A stretch of 34,363 nt of DNA from Comamonadaceae bacterium (GTDB lineage Bacteria > Pseudomonadota > Gammaproteobacteria > Burkholderiales > Burkholderiaceae_C): positions 1 to 34,363 of the forward strand of contig CANGOY010000001.1 in the NCBI GenBank assembly GCA_947455585.1, in the 5' to 3' direction. The translations under genes were made by a program, and so were the position numbers. Position 1 is the first letter of the stretch. Each line of letters opens with the position of its first letter. Positions 26,201 to 34,363 of the stretch are shown here, in pieces. Below the pieces are notes generated by a model that saw only the letters and a list, made by a program, of their open reading frames with translations, was not told the DNA's origin and did not search any database.

Positions 26201-27309
26201 GACTCAAACGCATCGCCGCGCCAGCCCACGCGCAACACGCCGCCCGGCCAATGCTCGCCCTCTTGGGTGTCGAACACCAAATCTTGGCTGCTAAGTTCTA
26301 TCTCGCCGTCTAGCGACTGCACCCCAATGCGCCCATGCACATGGCGCAAGCCCAAAGGCAACAAGTCGGCGCCCAGTCGAACATCCACCGCATCCAGTGC
26401 GACATCGGCGGTCACACCGACAGGTTCGCCTTTTTGCACATCGGCCCACAAACGAACGGCACCACGCCCCTCTTGCAACGACAAACCTTTGTCCATGGGC
26501 ACCCATTGACGCAAGGTGGCCAGATTGACAAATGGCAAGTCACCAAACATCTCGCCCGACCAATGCGTGGTATCGCCCGCACGATGCCACGGCGGTTGGT
26601 AAAACTTGCCACGCACAGATACGCGTTGGCCCAAGGCCTCGGGCGGCGTGGCTTCTGCACTCACCTCGTGCTGGAACCAGTGGTTTTTGATGGACACGTC
26701 TACGCCTTGCAGGCTCAGCACGGGTGCGCTGGCTTGCACCGCGCTTGGACGGCTCTCGTCACGCCAGTGAATCAAACCGCCGCGCACCACAAACTCGGGC
26801 TGCGAGAAAAACCAATCTGCGCCACTGCCGTCGCTGGCAACACTGGTGTCAAGGCCCGCCACCCACACATGTCTATTGGCATCGCGGCGAATTTCGAGCT
26901 CGGGCTGTTCAATGTCGAGCTGCTCAAACTGACCCAGCAACACTGAGCGCGGCGACACAGCCGCCAACACGCGCGGCAGGCTCAGTGCCTCGCGGCCTTC
27001 GCGGTCGTACAGCTGAATGTCGGTGAGTTCAAACCACGGCACCCACCAACCGCCTTTTGCGTTGATGCTGCCAATGTCGACACGTACACCCAAAGCGCGT
27101 GTGGCTTGTTGTTGCAGCACTTCGCGGTAGTCGCCGATTCGCGGCACAATGAAAATGTGAAGTGCGCTCCAAGCCAGCAACACAACCACCCAAGCAAACG
27201 CCACCAAACCCAGCGCCCAATTGAGCGCACGTCGCCAAACTGATTTGTTTTTCAAATCAAGTTCCAAACTGTCGGGGGTGGGATTTACAGAGTCTGACAA
27301 ATGTTTCAT
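23281..27309 (-). CDS. yhdP: YhdP / AsmA-like phospholipid-bridge protein
   Basis: 1342 aa with an N-terminal TM anchor and C-terminal RLLGVLNLQALPRRLTLDF.D.F..GFAFD and V.GTW.NP.V. Divergent from glnE. Confidence 0.92.
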   Translation of the reverse strand: MKHLSDSVNPTPDSLELDLKNKSVWRRALNWALGLVAFAWVVVLLAWSALHIFIVPRIGDYREVLQQQATRALGVRVDIGSINAKGGWWVPWFELTDIQLYDREGREALSLPRVLAAVSPRSVLLGQFEQLDIEQPELEIRRDANRHVWVAGLDTSVASDGSGADWFFSQPEFVVRGGLIHWRDESRPSAVQASAPVLSLQGVDVSIKNHWFQHEVSAEATPPEALGQRVSVRGKFYQPPWHRAGDTTHWSGEMFGDLPFVNLATLRQWVPMDKGLSLQEGRGAVRLWADVQKGEPVGVTADVALDAVDVRLGADLLPLGLRHVHGRIGVQSLDGEIELSSQDLVFDTQEGEHWPGGVLRVGWRGDAFESGTLSADRLDLDALAQISQRLPLPEALRAMLSRMQPQGQVNQLKATWQKNEDASLHYSAKGQVRQLAMQRDALPDSPLANLPGLQGAQLEFDLTQKSGKARLSIQEGSVTLPVGLDEPYIALEEASAQIAWQLKGDDVALQFTQGRVVNDDVAGEFNGDWKTGEANARLPGVLDLTATLSRAKVAQVHRYLPNTLPAGVRAYVREAVQAGDASHVTLRLRGNLRDMPFENPKLGEFRIAAQVAQGKFAYVPTAPAWPALTQMNGDLVFERSALQFKGSTQLAGAADVTWQKVEARIPNLAQPVVSVGGEARGPMAQVLAMVTKSALNDLTGTVLSKSEASGDADFKLALTLPIDQLQASKVQGSVTFADNSLQVIPGTPVLNHTRGTLQFSEQGFELKGVQAQLLGGEATLEGGLSFVAHDDPSPLQLKIHGDLTADGLRQARELGLVSRLAQRATGKSAYVATLGLRRGRPELLITSDLKGMALALPAPLNKPAAVVMPLRIESQLTRESLQPKARVLQDQIKVTLDRVVSVIYVRDLSGPRTRVMRGGIAVGQSVVDAVPMRDAAVSLNLQLPALDLDAWNLALTQVTGTSPLKRKGSTPAIGREGNGDEAQDYMPSFAALQAAQIKVSDRVIHKVLVGGTRQGELWRLNISADELNGSAEIRPPTDRVPAQLFVRLAYLNIPPSSVPDVERLLTDQPSSIPSLDIVVNDLTLRGKKMGRLEINAVNRPGVSAVREWRLNKFNLTLPEANFTATGSWAADGPRLRRTQLSFALVIQDSGELLTRLGTPDAIRHGEGRLEGQVTWQGSPITLDYASMSGQMNLAIEKGQFLKTEPGAARLLGVLNLQALPRRLTLDFSDLFSDGFAFDFVRGDVRIEQGVASTNNLQMKGVVAGALIEGRADLVHETQKLKVVVVPEINAGTASLYVATINPLVGLTTYLAQMMLSKPLVRAGTSEFFVDGTWTNPRVTKVD

Positions 27310-27345
27310 GGTGCTAGCAACGTGACTGGAATTATCCCCTCCTCA

Positions 27346-30054
27346 ATGCCAAATCTGAGCGCTTATTCGCGCTTCGTACAGCGCCTTCGCCGTCGCTACG
27401 CAAATGAGCTGCATTTGCTGCCCGAAGGTGCGCCCATGTTGGCCACGATGCAGACCTGTTTTGAAGCGCTGCGTCAAACCCACAGCTGCAGCGATGCGCT
27501 TCGCATGTTGCGCCAGCTGGTGATGGAACGCTTGGTGGTGCTCGACTGTGAACAAGGCGCCAGCCTTGATGTGGTGACCCACGCGGTGACTCAACTGGGT
27601 GAGTTCACCCTCAACATTGCTTTTCACGAAGCCCAAGCCCAACTAGACGCCAGCTACGGCGTGCCCACCAAGCCCAACGGCGAACGTGCGGCGCTGTGGA
27701 TTGTTGGCATGGGCAAATTTGGCGCACGCGAACTGAATGTGTCCAGCGACATCGACCTGATTTATGTGTACGACGAAGACGGTGAAACCACTGGTTTGCC
27801 CGATGGACGCGGGCGCATCAGCAACCACGACTACTTTGCCAAAGCCGTCAAACTGATTTACGCCTTGATTGGCGACACCACCGACCACGGCTTTGTGTTC
27901 CGCATGGATTTGGCATTACGCCCCAATGGCAACTCGGGCCCGAGCGTGGTGTCGCGCCAATCGCTGGAAGAATATTTCTTGGTGCAGGGGCGCGAATGGG
28001 AACGATTCGCGTGGCTCAAGAGCCGCGTGGTCGCCCCCTTCAGCGCCAAGGCGAATGCGTTTGAGCTGCGCGACACGGTGCTGCCTTTTGTGTTTCGTCG
28101 CTATTTGGACTACAGCGTGTTTGAGTCGTTGCGCGGATTGCACCAACAAATTCGCAAGCATTCGGTGTCGCGCAGTGCAGGCCGGCCTGAGCGTGCCAAC
28201 GATGTGAAGCTGGCACGCGGCGGCATTCGTGAAATCGAATTCACGGTGCAACTGCTGCAAGTGGTGCGAGGTGGGCATTTTCCCGAACTGCGCACACGCC
28301 CCACGCTGCAAGCCTTGCAACGCTTGAGCCAAGCCAACCTCATGCCCGCCGCCACCGCCGACGCACTGGCCAAGGCCTATGTGTTTTTGCGCCAAGTCGA
28401 GCACCGCATTCAATACTTGGACGACCAACAAACCCACGTCTTGCCCACCAACGACGACGACCTGAATTGGATGGCGCTGACCATGGGCTTTGGCGACAGC
28501 TGCGACTTCTTAAGCCAACTTGATGCCCACCGCGAGCTGGTGGCCCACGAGTTTGACCGTTTGCTGGGCTTGGGCGACAAGGCCGAGCCGAACAGCCCTC
28601 ACAACAGCAGCGGCGACTGCAAAGGCTGCACGCCCAAGAACGACTACGTCGATTTGGCTTCCTTGCTGCCCGACTTGAATGAGCGCCTGCGCGAACGCGT
28701 GATGCATTGGTGCGAACAGCCCCGCATCCGCGCCCTGCGCGATGACAGCGTGCAGCGCTTGCTCAAACTTTTGCAACGTACCAACGCGTGGATAGCCGAT
28801 GGCCGCGTGAGTGAAGAAGCAGCTGTGCGTTGGAGCGATTGGATGGAGCCGCTGCTGCGCCGCGAAAGCTATTTGGCCTTGTTGATAGAGCGCCCGCGTG
28901 TGCACGAACAACTCATGCGCTTGCTCGGAATGGCGCGTTGGCCAGCCAAATATTTGCAGCAACACCCCGGCGTGATTGACGAGCTGGCAGGCGAAGCCTT
29001 GTTGGCCGAACGCTTTGTGCCGGCAGAGTTTGAACAAGAGCTAGAGCGCCGCTTGGCGTCCTTGCAATCCACCGGTCAAGCCGATGAAGAAACCTTGCTC
29101 AACCTGTTGCGCCGAGCCCACCACGCCGAGGTATTTCGCACTTTGGCGCGTGACGTGGAAGGCCGCATCACCGTCGAGCAAGTGGCCGACGATTTGAGCG
29201 CACTGGCCGATGTGATGCTCAAAATCACCAGCCGCTGGGTCTGGCAAAACTTCAAGCAGCGCCACCGCGATGAGCCCTTGTTTGCCATCCTCGCTTACGG
29301 TAAGTTGGGCGGCAAAGAACTGGGCTACGGCAGCGACCTTGACATTGTGTTTGTGTACGAAGACGCGCATGAGCGCGCAGGCGAAATTTATGCGGCGTAT
29401 GTGCGCAAGCTCATCAACTGGTTGAGCGTGAAAACCGGTGACGGGGATTTGTACGAGATTGACACCGCGCTACGCCCCAACGGCAACTCGGGTTTGCTCG
29501 TGTCGACCTTCGATGCCTATGCCGACTACCAAGGCCAACGCGGCGACAACACCGCGTGGACCTGGGAGCACCAAGCCATGACGCGTGCGCGTTTTTGCCT
29601 CGGTGCACCGGAACTCAAAGCGCGCTTCGACACGGTGCGTGCCAACGTCATCAACGCCAAGCGCGACGTGGTTGCTTTGCGCCAAGAAATTGTGGCCATG
29701 CGCGACAAGATGCGCACCGCCCACCCCGTGAAGCCCGATTTGTTTGACGTCAAACACAGCGCGGGCGGCATGGTCGATGTGGAGTTTGCCGTGCAATATT
29801 TGGTGCTGGCCCATGCGCATCAACACCCCGCACTTCTGGCCAACGTGGGCAACATTGCGTTGCTTGTGAGCGCTGAAAAAGCAGGCCTGCTACCCGCAGG
29901 CGTGGGCGAGGAGGCCGGCAGCGCTTACCGCGAACTGCGTCGTGTGCAACACCGTGCGCGCTTAGACGAGCAGCCTACGCAAGTGCCAAGCGCCGAGCTA
30001 GAAAAAGAATGTGCGGCCATTCAAACTTTGTGGCGCTGCGTGTTTGGCAATTAG
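27346..30054 (+). CDS. glnE: Bifunctional glutamine synthetase adenylyltransferase/deadenylylase
   Basis: Two NTase motifs, GMGK.GA.ELN.SSDIDL and YGKLGGKELGYGSDLD; DLALRPNG; WERFAW; VKL.RGGIREIEF. Start chosen at ATG 27346 to avoid overlap with yhdP. Confidence 0.97.
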   Translation: MPNLSAYSRFVQRLRRRYANELHLLPEGAPMLATMQTCFEALRQTHSCSDALRMLRQLVMERLVVLDCEQGASLDVVTHAVTQLGEFTLNIAFHEAQAQLDASYGVPTKPNGERAALWIVGMGKFGARELNVSSDIDLIYVYDEDGETTGLPDGRGRISNHDYFAKAVKLIYALIGDTTDHGFVFRMDLALRPNGNSGPSVVSRQSLEEYFLVQGREWERFAWLKSRVVAPFSAKANAFELRDTVLPFVFRRYLDYSVFESLRGLHQQIRKHSVSRSAGRPERANDVKLARGGIREIEFTVQLLQVVRGGHFPELRTRPTLQALQRLSQANLMPAATADALAKAYVFLRQVEHRIQYLDDQQTHVLPTNDDDLNWMALTMGFGDSCDFLSQLDAHRELVAHEFDRLLGLGDKAEPNSPHNSSGDCKGCTPKNDYVDLASLLPDLNERLRERVMHWCEQPRIRALRDDSVQRLLKLLQRTNAWIADGRVSEEAAVRWSDWMEPLLRRESYLALLIERPRVHEQLMRLLGMARWPAKYLQQHPGVIDELAGEALLAERFVPAEFEQELERRLASLQSTGQADEETLLNLLRRAHHAEVFRTLARDVEGRITVEQVADDLSALADVMLKITSRWVWQNFKQRHRDEPLFAILAYGKLGGKELGYGSDLDIVFVYEDAHERAGEIYAAYVRKLINWLSVKTGDGDLYEIDTALRPNGNSGLLVSTFDAYADYQGQRGDNTAWTWEHQAMTRARFCLGAPELKARFDTVRANVINAKRDVVALRQEIVAMRDKMRTAHPVKPDLFDVKHSAGGMVDVEFAVQYLVLAHAHQHPALLANVGNIALLVSAEKAGLLPAGVGEEAGSAYRELRRVQHRARLDEQPTQVPSAELEKECAAIQTLWRCVFGN

Positions 30055-30554
30055 CCTTGACGAATCTTCTTCACCAACGCCGTGGTGGAATAACCATCCA
30101 CAAACGGAATCGCTTGGGCGCGGCCACCATAAGCCAGCACCACTTGCGTTTCAGCAAGTTTGCTCATGTCGTAATCACCACCTTTGACCAACACATCGGG
30201 ACGCAACTCAGTGATGAGTTCCAGCGGCGTGTCCTCGTCAAACCACGTCACCAAACTCACCGACTCTAAAGCGGCCATCAAGGCGGCACGGTCCAACTCG
30301 TTATTGAGCGGGCGGTCTGGGCCTTTGCCCAAGCGGCGTGCCGAGGCGTCGCTGTTCAAAGCAACCACCAAACTGCCGCCCACGCTTCGGGCTTGCGCCA
30401 AATACGACGCATGGCCACGGTGCAGCACATCAAACACACCGTTGGTAAACACCACGGGGCCCTGCGCACGCAAGGCGGCCACGCGTTGCACGGCATCTTG
30501 GCGCGAAGACAGCTTGGAGAGAAAAGCGGGGGGAAGCAAAGTGGTGTCGGTCAT
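30051..30554 (-). CDS. rfaE2: D-glycero-beta-D-manno-heptose 1-phosphate adenylyltransferase (stand-alone RfaE domain II)
   Basis: VFTNGVFDVLHRGH, VALNSDAS.RRL.KG.DRP, F.EDTP..LI..LRPDVLVKGGDY, GYSTT. Confidence 0.93.
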   Translation of the reverse strand: MTDTTLLPPAFLSKLSSRQDAVQRVAALRAQGPVVFTNGVFDVLHRGHASYLAQARSVGGSLVVALNSDASARRLGKGPDRPLNNELDRAALMAALESVSLVTWFDEDTPLELITELRPDVLVKGGDYDMSKLAETQVVLAYGGRAQAIPFVDGYSTTALVKKIRQG

Positions 30555-30566
30555 GGTGCGGCAATT

Positions 30567-31535
30567 CTAGGTTGCAGCCACCTTGCTTTGCGCGGTCGTG
30601 TGTAGCCGACGCCAATGCTTGACTGCCTCTGAAATTGACACCAAGTCATGCAGAACCACCACCCGCTCAATGTGACGACGACGCAAGACGGGGGCGCTGC
30701 CACCGGCCCACACCTCGACCGCTGAAGGCAAAAGTGCATTCAACTCCGTCAGGCCATCCACCACATGGTTGGAGTTCATGTTGAGGCTGAAGCTCAAGGC
30801 CACCACATCTGCGCCGTGCGCAATGGCTGCTTGCGCAATGTCACGCACTGGCGTTTGTGTGCCCAGAGACACACAACGGCAGCCCTGCAACGTCAACAAA
30901 CTCTCCACCATCAACAGGCCCAAGCCGTGGGCTTCTTGTGGAAATGTGGTCAGCAGCACAACGGGCTCGCCGCCACGGGCAGGTTTGGGGATAGCCGCAA
31001 TGGCTTGGCGCATCAGGCTGCTCACGCACTCGGTGTACAGGTGTTCTTCGTGCACGGCCAAATCACCCCGCGCCCACGTCTCGCCCACCAAAGCGGTCAA
31101 GGGTGCAACCACGTTCGTCAAAAACTTTTGCAGCCCATCTTGCGACAAGGCTTTGAGCAATTCGCGACGAATGCCCTCATGGTCTTGCGTTTGAAGCTGG
31201 GTGATGTAAGCCGTTAAATCTTCGCGCGTTACAGCGGCACCAATGGGCTGGTTTGACTGCAAAGAGGCTTCGCATCGGCTCAAGTGCTGCAGCGCATCCA
31301 TTGATTGCGCCACGATACGACCTGGGCGATGGCCTTGGTCCATCAAACGTTTGATGATGCGCAACTTTTCCACCTGAGCGATGGGGTAGGTGCGTTCGTC
31401 GTTGGCATCCCGACCGGGTACTGGGAAGCCATAGCGGCGCTCCCAAACGCGCAGCGTGTCTTTGCCGATGCCGGTGTCGCGCTCGACGGCGGCAATGGAC
31501 AGCGTTATTGGTGAATCGATGTCACGTGAGTTCAT
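30567..31535 (-). CDS. MerR-family, cobalamin-binding photoreceptor/repressor (CarH/LitR-like)
   Basis: MerR HTH SIAAVERDTGI.KDTLRVWERRYGFP.P.R, Wx9EH motif (WARGDLAVHEEH), ExHxxG (EAHGLG), VALS, AGG. Start at ATG 31535 or TTG 31553. Confidence 0.9.
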   Translation of the reverse strand: MNSRDIDSPITLSIAAVERDTGIGKDTLRVWERRYGFPVPGRDANDERTYPIAQVEKLRIIKRLMDQGHRPGRIVAQSMDALQHLSRCEASLQSNQPIGAAVTREDLTAYITQLQTQDHEGIRRELLKALSQDGLQKFLTNVVAPLTALVGETWARGDLAVHEEHLYTECVSSLMRQAIAAIPKPARGGEPVVLLTTFPQEAHGLGLLMVESLLTLQGCRCVSLGTQTPVRDIAQAAIAHGADVVALSFSLNMNSNHVVDGLTELNALLPSAVEVWAGGSAPVLRRRHIERVVVLHDLVSISEAVKHWRRLHTTAQSKVAAT

Positions 31536-31563
31536 AGATAGAAATCCCCGCAATGGAACGTGG

Positions 31564-31607
31564 AGAATAGTTACGTCCTAGACAGAGTTTTAATATTAAG
31601 CCATGAT
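31564..31607. promoter_or_regulatory. Divergent promoter region between the CarH/LitR-like gene and the gpx operon; candidate operator
   Basis: Plus strand TAGACA(31579-84)-N17-CATGAT(31602-07); minus strand -10-like TATTCT (31564-69). Near-palindrome CGTC-CTA-GACA overlaps the -35. Confidence 0.55.
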
Positions 31608-31637
31608 TCCCCTCGTTCTAAAAAGGGCTTTCCCGTG

Positions 31638-32222
31638 ATGCACCGTTTTGTTTTCTTATTCGCTGGTTTTGTTTTGAGCATGAGCGCAGCGTACAGCGCG
31701 ACAGACAGCCCAACCACCGCAGCCAACGCATGTCCCCGCGTCCTGCAGCACACCGTGTCGAGGCTGCAAGACGAGAAGCCCCAAAACCTTTGCCAGTACG
31801 CAGGTCAAGTGGTCGTAGTGGTCAACACGGCCAGCTTTTGCGGCTTCACCCCGCAGTACAAAGGCCTCGAAGCGCTGTATGCCAAATACAAAGACCAAGG
31901 CTTGGTCGTGCTCGGATTTCCCAGCAACGACTTCTCACAAGAGCCAGACAGCAACGCCAAGATTGCCGACTTTTGCGAAAACACCTTTGGTGTGAAGTTC
32001 CCCATGTTTGTGAAAACCACCGTGCGTGGCGCAGAGGCTTTGCCGCTGTTCAAACAACTGGCCGAACAAACAGGCACAAGCCCGAAGTGGAACTTTTACA
32101 AATACATCATCAGTCGCGATGGCAAAAGCATCAAGAGCTTCAGCAGCATGACGGGCCCGCAAGACAAAAGCTTTGTGCAAGAGGTTGAAAAGCAATTAGC
32201 CGCGAAAGGTGCTGCGCAATGA
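31638..32222 (+). CDS. Glutathione peroxidase family protein with N-terminal signal peptide
   Basis: VNTASFCGFTPQY, LGFPSNDF.QEP, FC...FGV.FPMF, PKWNFYKY. ATG 31638 gives signal peptide MHRFVFLFAGFVLSMSAAYSA. Confidence 0.93.
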   Translation: MHRFVFLFAGFVLSMSAAYSATDSPTTAANACPRVLQHTVSRLQDEKPQNLCQYAGQVVVVVNTASFCGFTPQYKGLEALYAKYKDQGLVVLGFPSNDFSQEPDSNAKIADFCENTFGVKFPMFVKTTVRGAEALPLFKQLAEQTGTSPKWNFYKYIISRDGKSIKSFSSMTGPQDKSFVQEVEKQLAAKGAAQ

Positions 32223-33520
32223 AGCCACGCATCGCCATCGTGGGCTCAGGTATTTCGGGCTTGTCTGCCGCGCACCATTTGCACGGCAAAGCCGACATCA
32301 CCTTGTTTGAAGCAGGTGACTACTTCGGCGGTCACACACACACCGTGGACGTGACCTTGCCCACAGCCACCGGCGTGCAAACGCATGGCGTGGACACGGG
32401 CTTCTTGGTTTACAACGAGCGCACGTATCCTGGGCTGATTGCTTTGTTTGAAGAATTGCAAGTAGCCACGGTCAAATCAGACATGTCGTTTTCGGTGCAA
32501 GTGCCCCACAAAAACGGCCAAGGCGCTTTGGAGTGGAACGGTGCCAACCTCAATACCGTGTTTGCCCAGCGCAGCAACTTGTTCAAGCCCAGCTTCTTGC
32601 TGATGCTGCGCGATGTGATGCGCTTCAACATCCTAGCCACCGAGCTGGCCGAACGCAACCAAGACCATGAGTTAGCCCAGCCCTTGAGCCAATTTTTGCT
32701 CTTGCACAAATTCAGCGACGTGTTTCGCGATTGGTATTTGCTGCCCATGCTTGGCTGCATTTGGAGCTGCCCCACAGACCAAATGCTGAAGTTTCCTGTG
32801 GCCACCATGATTCGGTTTTGCCACAACCACGGACTGATTCAGGTCAACAACCGCCCGCAGTGGTACACCGTGGCAGGCGGCGCACGCCACTATGTTGAGA
32901 AAATTTTGACTGGCATTTCAGACAAGCGTTTGAATACGCCCGTGCTTCGCATCAAGCGCGATGCACACGGTGTGACGCTGCAAACGCATGCAGGCTCAGA
33001 ACGATTTGACCAAGTGATTTTGGCCACCCACGCCGACCAATCGTTGGCCATGCTGGCCGAGCCCACACCGCAAGAAGCGGCCACTTTGAGTGCCATTCGC
33101 TACCACCCCAACCGCGCAGTCTTGCACACCGACACCTCGGTGATGCCCCAGAAAAAACTCGCGTGGGCCGCGTGGAACTACGAACGTGCGGCTCACAGCA
33201 ACACCGAGTCCACCCGCGTGTGCCTGCACTACTGGCTCAACCTGTTGCAGCCGCTGCCGTTCACGCAAGACGTCATCGTGTCGCTAAACCCCGTGCACGA
33301 AATTGACCCAGCGCACATCCTTGGCGAATACAACTACGCCCACCCCGTATTTGACTTACCAGCCATTCAAGCGCAAACCCAGATGCCACAGCTGCAAGGC
33401 CAACAACACACGTGGTTTGCCGGCGCGTGGATGGGCTACGGCTTTCATGAAGATGGCTTCAAAGCTGGGCGCGATGCCGCACAGACCTTGTGGGCCAAAT
33501 CGCGCATGCTCAACGCATGA
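32219..33520 (+). CDS. FAD-dependent oxidoreductase (amine-oxidase-like, cfa-cluster associated; UfaD-like)
   Basis: IAIVGSGISGLSAA, FEA..YFGGHTHT, VDTGFLVYN.RTYP, SDMSFSV, W.AWNY, Y.HP.F, GAWMGYGFHEDG. ATGA overlap with gpx. Confidence 0.9.
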   Translation: MKPRIAIVGSGISGLSAAHHLHGKADITLFEAGDYFGGHTHTVDVTLPTATGVQTHGVDTGFLVYNERTYPGLIALFEELQVATVKSDMSFSVQVPHKNGQGALEWNGANLNTVFAQRSNLFKPSFLLMLRDVMRFNILATELAERNQDHELAQPLSQFLLLHKFSDVFRDWYLLPMLGCIWSCPTDQMLKFPVATMIRFCHNHGLIQVNNRPQWYTVAGGARHYVEKILTGISDKRLNTPVLRIKRDAHGVTLQTHAGSERFDQVILATHADQSLAMLAEPTPQEAATLSAIRYHPNRAVLHTDTSVMPQKKLAWAAWNYERAAHSNTESTRVCLHYWLNLLQPLPFTQDVIVSLNPVHEIDPAHILGEYNYAHPVFDLPAIQAQTQMPQLQGQQHTWFAGAWMGYGFHEDGFKAGRDAAQTLWAKSRMLNA

Positions 33521-34335
33521 TGTCAAGCACCACAACCCACAACGCGCATCCACCTCTGCAGCGCGCATGGGCTGCCGACAAGCCGCAAGCCATGATTGGT
33601 TTTGGCCAAGTGCGTCACTCGCGTTTGCGCCCCACGCCCCACGTGTTCAACTACAGCACCTTCTTTTTGATGCTGCCCATGCGCACGCTTCAATCCCACG
33701 GTGACACCACGCTGCCCATCAACCGCGCAGGCGCCATCAGCTTTCACGACGTGGACCACGGCGATGGTAGAAGCGCAAATGACGGCGGTGCACTGGCTTG
33801 GCTAGATGAACTGCTGCACAGCGAAGGCATCACCGACGCCACGGGCGAGGTGTGGCTGCACTGCTACCCGCGCGTACTGGGCTACACCTTCAAGCCTGTG
33901 AGCTTTTGGTATTGCCTTGCCGCAGATAACAGCCTGCGCGCCATCGTGGTGGAAGTGAACAACACCTTTGGTGAGCGCCATTGCTATTTGCTAGACCAAC
34001 CTCGCTATGGCGTTGAGCAACGCGCGAGCAAAGTGTTTCATGTGTCGCCGTTTTGCGCCGTACAGGGCGACTACCGCTTTCGCTTCATGCGTACGGAAGA
34101 CCACACGGTAGCCAGCGTGGACCACGACGATGCACACGGCCCCTTGATTGAAACCAGCGTGAGCGGCCAGCTCCAACCCATCACGCACCTTGTCCTACGC
34201 CATGCGCTGTGGGGCTACCCATTGATGACCCTGATGGTGATGACACGCATCCATTGGCAGGCGCTGAAGCTTTGGCTAAAACGAGTGCCATTTTTTACAA
34301 AACCAACACCCCCACAAGATTTTGTGACCCGCTGA
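33517..34335 (+). CDS. DUF1365 family protein (UfaO-like)
   Basis: G.VRH.RLRP..H.F.Y, PRVLGY.F.PVSFWYC, EVNNTFGERH.Y, K.FHVSPF, IHWQALKLWLK. ATGA overlap with the upstream gene. Confidence 0.92.
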   Translation: MMSSTTTHNAHPPLQRAWAADKPQAMIGFGQVRHSRLRPTPHVFNYSTFFLMLPMRTLQSHGDTTLPINRAGAISFHDVDHGDGRSANDGGALAWLDELLHSEGITDATGEVWLHCYPRVLGYTFKPVSFWYCLAADNSLRAIVVEVNNTFGERHCYLLDQPRYGVEQRASKVFHVSPFCAVQGDYRFRFMRTEDHTVASVDHDDAHGPLIETSVSGQLQPITHLVLRHALWGYPLMTLMVMTRIHWQALKLWLKRVPFFTKPTPPQDFVTR

Positions 34336-34363
34336 CGCAGAGAAGAGCATTGCCATGAACCCC

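Noticed and set aside
27301-27345. Head-to-head overlap of glnE and yhdP
   Set aside because: It disappears if glnE starts at ATG 27346.
31560-31637. gpx N-terminal extension from 31560
   Set aside because: It covers the likely promoter; ATG 31638 gives a clean signal peptide.
34355-34363. Start of the next gene (ATG AAC CCC)
   Set aside because: Only three codons are visible, so no product can be called.

Overview
This is a 34 kb chromosomal window from a betaproteobacterium. Gene content, gene order and moderate GC suggest Comamonadaceae, possibly Limnohabitans-like (inference). Most of it is core genome: azlCD-fmt-def, dprA-smg, a LIV-type ABC operon, yajC-secD-secF, a fused indolepyruvate:ferredoxin oxidoreductase, mltA, a PAS kinase/FixJ-type regulator pair, yhdP, glnE and rfaE2. 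No rRNA, tRNA, CRISPR, transposase or integrase was seen. Four spots stand out. (1) Between def and dprA sits a secreted Cys/His peptide ending in KPPR, followed by a Met/His-rich 4-TM membrane protein and a structured intergenic RNA. This looks like a ribosome-stalling, metal-responsive module. (2) Two diverged tandem Bor/Iss-family lipoproteins occur with no prophage around them. (3) A B12-dependent CarH/LitR photoreceptor is divergent from an operon of glutathione peroxidase, FAD oxidoreductase and DUF1365, resembling furan-fatty-acid or photo-oxidative defence genes. (4) An AT-rich orphan lipoprotein lies near the left end. All family assignments come from motif recognition, not database searches.
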